A stretch of 64,000 nucleotides of DNA from Peribolospora baueri. Its lineage: Eukaryota. Positions 1-11,348 of this stretch are shown here, piece by piece (position 1 is the stretch's first letter; each line of letters starts with the position of its first letter). The stretch lies in contig JAMDHS010000039.1 of the NCBI GenBank assembly GCA_029717555.1, positions 62,001 to 126,000 on the forward strand, read 5' to 3'. Under the pieces are notes generated by a model. It was not told the origin of the DNA, ran no database searches, and saw nothing but the letters and a program-made list of their open reading frames with translations. Position numbers and translations under genes: made by a program.

Positions 1-338
1 TGCGCTCCTTGGCCGGTGGTGAGCTTGATCTGAAGCGAGGCGAGCTGGTGGGCGGAGGCAAAAGCGGAGGAGTAGTTGGCGCCCCTTCCGATCTGGAGGA
101 TCTGGAGGTTGTCGGAGCGGAGGTTGGAAGAGGAGCGGGAGATGGCGGCCAGGAGGTCCGAGGGCGCGCCGGAGGGGGGGTTGATGTTGAAGGAGGGGGA
201 GAGGGCGACAAGGGTGTGGCCGTAGGAGGCGTTGCGTGGGTTGGGCCAGACGGCCAGCGCGGGAGAGGGGGTGGTGACGACGAGAAGGAGGGAGAGAAGG
301 GGCGCAAGGAGCGTGAGGGAGAGGACGAGGCGAGCCAT
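1..338 (-). CDS. Secreted beta-N-acetylhexosaminidase (GH20), 5' part; continues beyond the window start
   Basis: Not in the ORF track. Minus-strand translation from ATG at 338 gives MARLVLSLTLLAPLLSLLLVVTTPSPALAVWPNPRNASYGHTLVALSPSFNINPPSGAPSDLLAAISRS...D.LQILQIGRG. This is a signal peptide followed by the 'WPxP..G..L...F.I...AP.DL.AA..R' start typical of fungal GH20 N-terminal domains. Confidence 0.7.
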   Translation of the reverse strand, partial: MARLVLSLTLLAPLLSLLLVVTTPSPALAVWPNPRNASYGHTLVALSPSFNINPPSGAPSDLLAAISRSSSNLRSDNLQILQIGRGANYSSAFASAHQLASLQIKLTTGQGA

Positions 339-480
339 GACGGGCGCCCGTTGCGTTGCGTTGTCTGTCTGTTTGTCTGTCGTTCGTTCGTTCGTCCGAC
401 AGACGAATGGTTGGGAGAGGAAGCAGAGGAACAAGTTGAGCGACGGCAAAAGCGTTCTTATGGCGTCTCTCTCCGTCGGT

Positions 481-533
481 GGGTCGCACAGACAGGGTCG
501 CACAGACAGGGTCGCACAGACAGGGTCGCACAG
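481..533. repeat. Perfect 14-bp tandem repeat (GGGTCGCACAGACA) x3.8
   Basis: Read directly; lies in the divergent promoter between GH20 and eIF2B-alpha. Confidence 0.95.
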
Positions 534-1104
534 CAAGCAAGACAGCGCGCGTGTCTGCAGGTCCACGGCGCATTGCAAAGATATGAGGATGTGGCTAGGA
601 ACGCATCTGTGCATATGCACCTAGTTAGGACGACGCAGAGGGGAGAGGGGACAGAGCGCTCGGTCGTGCACGAGACCCGGTCTGGTGGGCGTGATAAGAA
701 GAAAACGCGGGGACGACGCCAAGGTGGACGGAGAGCGGGCCGAGGCGAGGCGAGGCGTTGGACGACGACGCAAGCGGTGGACGAAGGAGATGATGATCCA
801 AGTCAGGTCAACGCCATGCAAGCAAAGCCAGGACGAGAGCTGCTCATCGCTCTCGCTCGGCCTTCCTTGTCCGCTCTCCCCTCCGTCGAGGCTGATCAGA
901 TAGATGGATCAGATCAGATGACCCAAGCCGGCACCTCACGCCTCGTCGGTTCGGCCACGAGTAGGGTTATGATCGCTGCGGCCGGCTGTCGAAGAGCGGA
1001 GCGGTCATCGTAAATGGTGAATGGATGACGGCACACAAGGCCGCCTTTCTTCGCACCCTTCCTTCTGGATGAGATCAGGGCGAGGCTCGACTCACCCACC
1101 ACTC

Positions 1105-3144
1105 ATGACGGCCCTCCCCCCCATCACCACCTCCTCCTCCGTCACCTCTTCCCCATCCGTAGCCTCGCCCATCTCCGTCGCCTTTGCGGCCGCCGCGGCG
1201 AGCAGGATGCCGGGCGGGGTCGACGTGGTTAAAGCGTATGAGGAGAGGTGAGCAGACTGGACAGACCGCCGGCCGGTCGGTCGAACCGCCTCATCCCGTC
1301 CTTCTCCTGACGAAAATGCCCCGCTCGCCTCCCGCACGTCTCCCTTCCAGCCTGGTATCGGACCCACAGCTGCCCATGCCCATCGCAGCCATGCTCGCCA
1401 TGGCTGCCTTTGTGGCTGATTCCAAAGGTGCGCCTCCGCCTTTTCTCTTTTCTTCCATTCGTCTCGATCCCACTCACGGCCTCCCATGCCCTCCCTTCCT
1501 TCCACCTGCATATTCGAAACCCAGCCTCGACGATGCAAGAAATGCTGGAAGAGCTTCGATCAGCCTCCCAGTGCCTCAAGGACGCCATCCCCAACCCCGT
1601 CTCGCTGACCGCCGGACTCGACTTGTTCGTGCGGTTCGTCATCACCAAGCGGTGGGAGGGCGATGTGCGTGTCGTTCCCAGCCTTTTTTTCTCTCCTTCT
1701 TCTCCTTCTTCCCTTTTTTTTTGTTTCCACCGGAACGAAGAAAAGGAAGGAGCCGCAGACATCGCCTGACGCCCTCGTGGATCCGCCTTCTGCCTTCTTC
1801 CTCCTCTCTCCTCCCGCATCCCGCACCCACCCCTTGGCAGGACTTTCCATCGCACAAAGCCTCCATCGTCTCCCAAGCTCGTGCCTTTGCCCTCAACGCG
1901 GCACCCAACTGTCGGGAGAAGATTGTGGAGCTGACGATGCCCTTCATTCGGGATGGGGCGGTGAGTCCAGCCCCATGGCGGGGACGAGCGATGTCGTATC
2001 GTGGACTTGTGGCCGGTGCTCATCTCCTTCTCCTTCGCTTGCGACGATCTGCTTCTACTTTTGTCTTTACAGGTCATATTGACACACTCGTACTGTGAGG
2101 GTTTTCCCAAGTGGGAAGGGAGGTGATGGTCGTGTTTCGGACGCTCGCTGACCTTCTCCGACCATCTGAATTGGACTAGGACAGCCCGAGTGGTAATGCA
2201 GGTTCTCCTGCGCGCCTCACGCGAGCAGCACAAGCGCGTCTCCGTCTACGTGACGGAAGCGAGGCCGGCGGGCCTGGGTCTGAAGACGTACGAGGACCTG
2301 ACGGCAGCGGGGATCCCGTGTACGGTGGTGCTGGACTCGGCGGTGGCGTACGTCATGGGCAAGGTCGACATGGGTGCGTCTGTTTTCTTCCTTCTCCTTT
2401 GCGTCTCATTTCTTCCTTCTTCTCTCGCGCCGGCCGGCCGTCGATCTTCTTCCACTCACGCCCTTTTCTCCCTTGTCCTTCCCCCGTCTGCTCCGTTTCC
2501 CTCCTCTTCTCCCGCCCTTGTTGGTCGCAGTGCTCATGGGCGCAGAAGGCGTGGTCGAGTCTGGCGGCGTGCTCAACGCGGTGGGCTCGTACCAGATGGC
2601 GCTGATCGCCAAGGCGGCGTCTAAGCCGTGCTACGCTCTGGCAGAGTCGTACAAGTTTCTGCGCATGTTCCCCCTCGACCAGTATGATTTGCCCGTCGGC
2701 GGTGGTGTTGCGGGCGGAGTGGGGAGGAGGGAAGGGGCCGTGAGTGCGGGGGGGAGAGGGAGCGGTGGCGGCTACTTTGGGGGAAGGTTATGGAAGGGCA
2801 GAGGGAGGGAGGGGGGGGGGGGCGAGGAGGTGCTCGGGTTCGTGCAGCCGCCTCCGCGACCGACGACGACGACGACGACAACGTCAGAAGAGGTGGAGCG
2901 AAGAGACAAGACGCCGGCGGGATCACAGGTCGTGGCCGACGGCGCGGAAAAGCGGCCTCACGGGCAGAAGCCGACGTATGGGCCCGGGCGCCCGTACGGG
3001 AGGATGAGCCTGGAGATGGAGGCGGCGAACCCGGCGGTGGACTACACCGTGCCGGGGCTTGTTACGTTTGTCTTCTCTGACGTGGGCGTCCTGACGCCGA
3101 GCGGCGTCGGCGATGCGCTGTTGGCGGTGTACGGCGGAGAGTGA
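1105..3144 (+). CDS. GCN3: Translation initiation factor eIF2B alpha subunit (multi-exon)
   Basis: Exon motifs [80 protein letters not shown] and VDYT...LTPSGV. ATG at 1105, TGA at 3142-3144. Confidence 0.93.
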
Positions 3145-3677
3145 GGTGTCGCTGTCGCTGTACTTATTTACATGCGTTGCTATGTACCCGTGTGTCCGTC
3201 GTCGGTGCGGTCGACATGGACGTCGCCGATGGCCGACCAAGGCCAACGCATTCAATTCCTTCTCCCTTCTCTCTTCTCCCGTCCACCGTTTGCCCGACAC
3301 GTGCTTTCCCCGCATCCCCGCATTTTCGAATTTCGATTTCCCTTTCTTGCCGTCTTAACTCTTCACCCACCAACGCCACAGTTGGGCGCCGACCGACCGC
3401 TCGTCCGTCGTATGTCCACCATCTCGACCTCCCAAGGCCTTTGCATCCATCTCTCTCCGGTCCGATCCCAACATGTCAGTCCTCGTTAGTCGCACAACGC
3501 CCGCTCCCACCGGACCGACCGCGAACCTCCGGCCGTCCGGTCTCCGCCACGCTTAAAAGCCAACCCACCTCGCCTTCCTTCTTGTCCCGCTCACTCTTCC
3601 TCCCCGCCCTTCTACCCCTTCCCCCCTCTTTCGCCTCTCTTTTTTTCCGCTCCACCATATCGTCCGCTCGCTCCTGC

Positions 3678-6600
3678 ATGTCGCCCTCTCCGCCCGACTC
3701 GGCGTCGACCTCGTCCAAGGCAAAGGCCGAGGTCGAGCACGTCGAGCTCTCTGGAGAGAAGCAGGGCCCGCTCCCGTCGTCTCCCTCTCCCATCGTCGCA
3801 GCTCGCGACAGCCACAGCGAAAAGGGCGCCGCCCTGGACGCCTTGGAGCGACAGCACGCCGGAGAAGCTCCCCCTCGCTCTTCCTTTTCCACTCGGTTCC
3901 TATTTAAGAAGGAAGTCGACGATAGCCTCTTTGCTGACGCGCTTGCCAAGTACGGCGAAGGTACGGCGGGGATCGACCCCGAGGTGGAGAAGAGGCTCGT
4001 GAGAAAGGTCGATTTTATCATTTTGCCCATGTGAGCCAGTCTTCCTTTGACCCCATCGCTCATCATCAGCGTCCTGCTTCTGACGACGCCTGGTTATATT
4101 CACCTTTGTCCTCTCTTCGTTTCTTCCCTTTAGCCTGGCCGTTTGCTATGGTGAGACTCGACTCGACTCGCTCGCTCCGGCCGCCCTGCCGTCATGGACG
4201 CCGCCCACCACCACGGACGCTAACACCTCTTTCCACCCCCTCACACCCTTCTCCAACCCATCTCAGCCTTCTATTACATAGACAAGGTACCTAGACGAGC
4301 TTTTGTCACGCGGCACGTGTAATCGTCCGTGCACCCCTTTCTCACCTCTTTCTCCTCCTTTTCTCTTCCTCCCTCCCCGCCCTCGCTGAGAAAGACGACC
4401 CTTTCGTACGCGGCGATCTTCGGCATCAAAAATGATCTCGACCTCGTCGGCACACGCTACAGCTGGCTTTCCGGATGCTTCTACCTCGGCTGGCTCATCT
4501 GGGCCCTTCCCAACAACCTCTTGATCCAGCGATTTCCCGTCGCCAAGTGGCTCGGCGTCAACATCTTCCTTTGGGGAGCGCTGCTCATGTGCCAGGCCGC
4601 TTGTAGCTCTTTCGTGCCCCTGCTAATCGTCAGGATGCTCAGCGGCGCCGTCGAGGCTACTGCCGACCCATGGTGCGCTTCCTGTCTGACCCCTTTGATA
4701 CCAGGTCGAAATTCTGACTGTCCGTCGTGTGCCCCCCCAATAGCTTCATGATCATCACCTCGATGTTCTATCGTCGTCGGGAACAGCCCATCAGGATCGG
4801 CATCTGGTATTTGGCCAATGGACTTGGTGGGTCGGGTGCACTGCAACGGTTTACCGTGCCAGCTCTCTTTTGCTCATTTTCCCCCCCGTCCTCCTCTCCT
4901 TCCGTCTTGTCCCATGGCCACCTTCTTCTTTTTCAGGCTATTCGGTCGGAGGTCTGCTTGGCGTGAGTAGCCCCTCGCCGTCACCGTCGACGTTCCCCGC
5001 TTATACCTCTCTTGACCTTCGCCGCCACGTCACGTTGATTCGACCGACCAGTACGGCATCGGCAACATCAAAGGCAAGCTCGCCTCCTGGCGGTACGAAT
5101 TCCTCATCGTCGGCGCCATCTGCAGCATCTGGGGCCTCGTCATCTTCTTCCTCCTGCCCGACTCCCCCACCACCACGTTCTGGCTCAGCAGGGAGGAGAA
5201 GCTCATCGCCATCGCTAGGCTCAGGGAGAACCAGACCGGAACCGAGTGAGCGGACCCGCTTCTTCTCTCTCCGAAAACAGGCGTTCCTCGCGCTCCAAGT
5301 TGGTAGCTTCTGACCGGACGTGATTTGATTCGGCCGCGCTAAGGAACAAACACTTCAAGTGGGATCAGTTCTGGGAGACGGTCGTCGACCCTGTTTCGGT
5401 AAGCAAAGCCAACCGACCCGTTGCTCGTTTCGAGTTGACCCGTACCGTCTGTTGACCGACACGTACTTGCCCCGACATCGACAGTGGTGCTACTTCTTCT
5501 TTGCCATCTTCTCGAACAGTGAGTTTATTTTCTGCCTTCCCCCGCGATTTTTTCTTCCCTTCTGAACGCGCCCGAACTCACTTTGTTCGTCCCTCCTTTT
5601 CCTTCCTTTTTTAGTCCCCAATGGCGGCATTTCCAACTTTGGCACGCTGGTAGGATCACACATCCCACATTTTATAGTACAAACAGAGTCTCGGCTCTGG
5701 TCACTACCTGATGGTTCCGGCCTCGCCCCTTTTCTCTGCTCTCTCTTACTTGAACTAGATCATCCAAGGCCTATATCCTGAACCTTTGAATGTGACCCTC
5801 CTCCAGGTGCCTTAGTGAGTGTCTTCGCTCGTCGTAGGTAGGCACCAAGACTCGTCTGGCGGGGGCGGGCCCTTTGAGTCCTCTCCTAACCCGCTCGTCT
5901 CATATCGAACCTTGCTCGCGTGACGCAGCGGCATTCTCGTCATGTTCTGGATCGGTTCGGCTATATACCTCAACGATCGGCTCCCTCCGAACAGCAGGTG
6001 GGCGCCCTTTGCAAGCCAGGACGAGAGCCTTGCCTTGCCCTTGCTCGTGCGGACTTCGGATCATTTTCTGACCTGCGTCTTTTCTTTCGTTTTCAGGACC
6101 CTGGTAATGTGCCTTTACATGCTGCCGACGATCGGCGGTGCGCTCGGTTTCTTGCTGGCGCCCCAGGACGCCCACGTCGGGCGACTGTTCTGTTTCTACC
6201 TGACGGGTAGCTTCCAGGTGAGCCTGATGAACGGCGACCCCTGCGTGCGACGCCCGCTCAACGCCGTGCACGTTTCCACTCTACATACCCTCAGGCACCT
6301 TACGTGCTCATGCTGTCCGTCATCACGAGTTCCGTAGCGGGCCACACGAAGAAGGTGCGCCAGATGAGACATGATCCGCTTCCCGTCGCCCGTCCTGTCC
6401 GCCTGCCTACCCTTTTAGCCGGCCCGCGCTCCTGGTTGGTCCGGGACGCTAAGCCCCGTCTTCGCTTACGATTCCTTGTCACCGCACAGATCTTGGTCGT
6501 CGTGTTCTCGTTCGTCGGATTTTGTGTCGGCAACACCGCTGGGCCATTGTGCGTGACTACTGCCCCCTTTTTTTTTTTTGCCCCGCACGCCGACTCCCAC

Positions 6601-7298
6601 GGTCTGACGAAGCGAAAAGGCTGGATATCATTCATTGTCTGACCATCTCCGCTCGTCTCGGCTCGGGTACGACGGTCGTGTAGCTTTTTCAAGGCAGAGC
6701 AGGCACCACACTATGGCCTCGGCATCGGGGCAATCCTGACATGCAAGTGAGCCCAACTCGTCCGCTACACTCTGTCTCTCTCTCTGCCTCGGCATGGAGC
6801 TCGACGTCTGACCGCGTCGGCGTCGTTGCTTCCGGTCTTAAATTCTTTTTCTATTTTTATTTTTAATTTGCAGCTGCCTCGAAGTCCTCGCCGCCGTTAC
6901 CCTGCGCTTCCTTTACTGGCGGGCGAACAAGCAGAAGGAGAAAGCGCGCTGCGAAGCGGAGGCCCGTGGCGAAAAGCCCGGTTTGGACGACACCGCGTTT
7001 GCGGACCTGGTGAGTCTTTTCTTTCGGGACGCCCACGTGCCCGCCCTCCTACGCTCGTTCAGCGTTCCCTTCCGTTCCGCGAAGCGAACGCGACTGGACG
7101 CTGAAGCGTTCGTCTCCATCGTTCCTTTCCATCGCATCAGACGGATAAGCAAAATATCAAGTGAGTATTCCAACTCTGTTCGCCTCGACGCGAATGATTT
7201 TCCGAACAGACGGTAACTTACGGCGACGGCTGATTTTTTTTTTTTATAACTTTGTTTCGCTCGCATCGCTCGCGCGTAGCTTTCGCTATGTGTATTGA
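3678..7298 (+). CDS. MFS transporter, allantoate/dipeptide permease (Dal5-like, ACS family); many small exons
   Basis: Motifs EKRLVRKVDFIILP, YYIDKTTLSYAAIFG, YSWLSGCFYLGW, FYRRREQPIRIGIWY, LPDSP, IPNGGISNF, VAGHTKK and C-terminal FADLTDKQNINFRYVY*. Confidence 0.9.
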
Positions 7299-8039
7299 TA
7301 CGAGGAGAGCAGTAGTTTCCCATTCATTCAGACGTCCCACGCAATGTGAGGTCGGTTTCAGAGCGCATATGTATTCTCGGAGCTTTATCAGTCGAAGGAC
7401 CGTCTCTCTTGGCCCTCCCTACTCGCTGCTGGCCCTGACCCGACCCGGACCGCCTTGTGTGCCCGTGTGCACGACAAAGCTGGCGAGGTGGCCTTTCGGT
7501 GTAATGTGAGGTGGTGAAAGAGTGACGCGGATGGGAACGGGCGCCCATCGCCATTCGTCTCGGACAGCGTCGCATCACCAGATAGATGTCCGGCACTCGG
7601 TTCTGTTCTGTTCGATGACTCCAGCTCGTAGCGCTCGCTGGCCGGGGGGTCACTTCCGCGCCACTACGAGACCAAAATGTCCAGCTTGACGAACAGCTTG
7701 GGCAAACCCGTCCGTCTATCGGGCCACCCACCCCATAACCGATCGTGCGTGCGGTGGCTTCTCCAGCCAGGCGGATATGATAGAGAAGCCTTCCTTCAGC
7801 CTTCCGTTTTCTTGCTCCAGCCCATCATCAGCTTGAAGCGACGCTTTTGTTGCGGAAAGCTTCGGCGGATGGTCCGAGCTCCTCGAACCTGGGTTGCTTG
7901 CGCATGGGCGGGCGGGCGAGTTGGGAGCCTTTGTCTCTGTGGAACCAACAAAGCCGGCCATGGGCCAGGTACTTCACTGCGTCAAGCCTGAATCCGTGGA
8001 TTTGGCGAACGTCCGCACAAAAGCAAAAGGAACGGAAGC

Positions 8040-8101
8040 CCAACCATCCATCCAACCATCCAACCATCCAACCATCCAACCATCCATCCATCCATCCATC
8101 C
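8040..8101. repeat. Compound (CCAT/CCAA)n microsatellite
   Basis: Read directly. Confidence 0.9.
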
Positions 8102-10143
8102 AGTTTGAGCCGACGAAGCTCAGCGAAGAACGCAGCTAAGAGGTGAACACTTCAGAGAGACCGACGACGACTACGCGCGAAACGCACGCGTCGGCCTCTC
8201 AGACTATGCCGAGCACCCCAGTTCCTCTCATCCTGATGATAGGGGCAGACATGGGGAAGAGAACCAAGCGGACATGACATACCTCCACGCCTCCCTCCGA
8301 TTTCAGACGATGCTAGTGTCGTCACGGATCGTCGATTCCGTCGACTCACGCCTCTCTCTCCTACCCGACGCTGGCTATTCCGTATGCGAATAAACACTCG
8401 TCTTCACGTTTTGTTCGTCAATGATCCTGACAAGATGCGAAAAGTGTTAGTCAAGCCTTGTCCACACCCCATCTGGACTTCTGCCAATGAAGATTTCGAC
8501 ATATCAGGGGCCATATCAGACAAAAACACGTTCATCCAACGTTAGAGGTGGAGCCACCTCTCGGACAACATCCAGAAGTCGCCGTTAGAAGACTAGAACT
8601 AGAGACACTGAATGGTCCGACTAACCAGACGAGATGTTGGTAAGGCACTGGAGTAGGTGTCTATGGGAGATGGGCAAAATGGGTGAGCACATGGTGGGCG
8701 ACAGATATGCCCAGACTGCGGGCGCAGGCGCTCTCCGAGGATGGCGCAGGGCAGCTCCGCATGGAGGGCGAGGCTTCGCCTTCGCCCCCTTTGGAGCATG
8801 AATGGGGCATAATCTTCCTCGAGTCCCATGTGCGTTGTCGTGACGATAAGAAGAAGCTGTGCGGAGGGAAACGAGCTCACACCGTGTGCGGAGCTTGCTT
8901 CATGCAGCAGGGCCCAGGGCAGGTCAACACAAAAATGCAAATGGCACCGATGAAGATGCTCTCAGCAACTTTGAAGAACTGGCTCTTCAATAGAGCCCCG
9001 CGCCACCCTGCTAACACGAGGGCGACGGCTGCTCTTCGAGATAGTCGAACCTTATCGGCCATCATTGAGCATCGTGGACGACGAGGACGGAATGCTTAAC
9101 CTTATGAAGCTGCTCAACAAAGCATGAGACGTACACAAACATTTCGATGAGTCGGCGGCTTGGACTCGGCGAGACGGGCCTCAGGGACACAGCATGGAAG
9201 AACACCGTTCCACACCCTCTCTTGCCATTAAGTCGGTGTCCCTCAAGGAAACCAATGGACCCTTTCATGCAGGAGTAAACGTTACTCACATCGCTTTTAC
9301 CATGTCCAATGAGAACCTAGGGCATATATTGAACGCTGGATGATTGCAAGAGGTTGAGAAACGAGCGGATGAGCATTGTGGACGGCACACGCAGACGAGC
9401 AAAGAGCAAGCTTCACAGCGCTCAAATCAGAAAGATAGCGATGTTGTTCGGCAAAAGCGCCTGATGCCCAAAGAGGGTAACCGAGGCCTAAGACTGACGT
9501 GCAAATAATCGAATAGTTTTCATCCTCAAGGGAACACACTTGGGATCAAGCACTCACACTAGCGAAGATGGGCTGAGGCGGCTATCGAAGTGAAGGGCGA
9601 ACGTAAATGGTGTCTGCATTTTGGAGAGGAAACTGTCGACAAAACGATGGCAACAAAGTTCAGCACAGACCGCGCCGGACGGGCATCCAATCGTCCCTCG
9701 CCCCTCCGCCTGTTCAGCCTTCAGAAAGAACGCAGCAAATTATTCTCCGCACGCCAGGGAAGGGCAGTGAAAGGCCAGACCCCGCTGAGAACGTGAAATC
9801 ATTTGTAGGGATCGTCGTCGGCAGGATTGGACGGAGGGCCGGGGCACGTGTGATAGATGGAAATTTAAGTGGGTCAATAGAAGTTGAACTCACCGCAAAA
9901 GTTAGCTTGGAGGCGCCTCGAGAAGAGGAACTCTTTGTAAGTCAGACACTAGGTGAGTGGCGGACATTGCGCGCCGAAGTCCTTTGGTCCTGGCTGGCGT
10001 TGAAAACTGGGCGCAGGGTGAGACGAAATAGAAAAACCCTTCCGATTCCTTGTACACATTCGTCTTCGAACAAACATCGAAAGAGCGACGGCAGCAGGGA
10101 AGGGACAGGAGAAGACCAGAATCGATTCTAGGAGTGGACGCGT

Positions 10144-11106
10144 TTACTCGTCTGACTGCTGAGCGCCAGCTGGCTTGTGATGCGAGTGGTTGACGAAGTT
10201 GAACCTGTAGAAGGATTAACAGGGTCAAGCGGGAAGACCAGAATGATATTGGTTTGAGCTGTCAGATTTGGTACAGAGTGGTATGTTTAAGATGCGAGGC
10301 GCCACTTACCACGGCATCGCGTCTGCACGCGTCGAGGTAGACAAGAGCAAAGGGGCAAGCAGTAAGCATTCATCCAAGGCGTGCCACTCATGTATACAAT
10401 GTCGACAAGCTCGGACAACGGGCAGGCGGATGCCACAAAGAAGAACACTTACTGAGCTTCAGCTGGGAGAAGGCAGAGTTTCTGTGTGCAACGCCCTGGA
10501 GATAAGGGCTCAAGTCGGTCTCTCCGTACGGGTTCTTGCCCTCCTTGGCGGCTTTTTGCATCTCTTCAGCATCCGACCTGGCCTCAATGGAGTTTTCGGA
10601 CCAGCCCCAGAGGCGGACTGAGTGCAAGTGGGGAGACGGACGTGAAGGTGGGACGACAAGGAGTGAGGGGGGACCGTCTGTAGCCAAAGGCGAATGAGAG
10701 AAACAAGCACACTCACAGCTACTCCGCTGATACGCAAACAGGAAACCGCCCGCGGCGCCAAGGAATGTAGCCAATCGGAGGGCGGACCTAAGCCCGCGCG
10801 GCGGCCTGGTGGGGTCGAAGTGCTCTATTACAAACGGGTGGGAAAACGAGAGGCATCGAGAGTCAGGGGGGTGTTCTGCACGTACAAGAATTCATCTCGA
10901 CTACAGTACGAGTGGAGCCGCGTCACTATAAGAGGACGGTCGTTCGCTGGGCGGGACTCACCCCAGAGGTAGAGGGACGAAGGGGCGGCAGCGGTGATGG
11001 CGCCCCAAGCGACGTAGTCGGACGGCCTGAAGTAGCGGATGACCCTGTTGAAATGGGGGTCCGCGTCAATGAGCGGGTAGGGCGTCTCGATCTCCTTGCT
11101 CGGCAT
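10144..11106 (-). CDS. NUXM: Mitochondrial complex I accessory subunit (fungal 21/20.9-kDa, NUXM)
   Basis: PYPLIDADPHFNRVIRYFRPSDY, GGFLFAYQRSS, RLWGWSEN, PYGETDLSPYLQGVAHRNS, a 13-nt micro-exon (AMPW) and FNFVNH. Confidence 0.92.
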
Positions 11107-11348
11107 GGTCCTTCCTTCCTTTTCTCGTCGGGGGATGGAAGACGAACGTGGACGGCAGGTGGTGGGATGAGGGAAAGGCGAGAAGGCGAGCTGGACGGAG
11201 AGACGTGGATGGAAGAAGCCGGAGATGAGGATTAGACTTGTCCCGTGACGTGATTACAAAGATTTGTAATGGAGTACAAAGGAAGAGCTGCGGCAAGTGG
11301 TCGCCAATCATCCTTCACCGTCCGCATTCTTTGCCCGATCGTGGTTGG

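Noticed and set aside
481..533. CRISPR-like array
   Set aside because: No spacers; eukaryotic context; simple tandem repeat.
9..1013. 334-aa + strand ORF
   Set aside because: Antisense shadow of the GH20 gene plus promoter; no family motifs.
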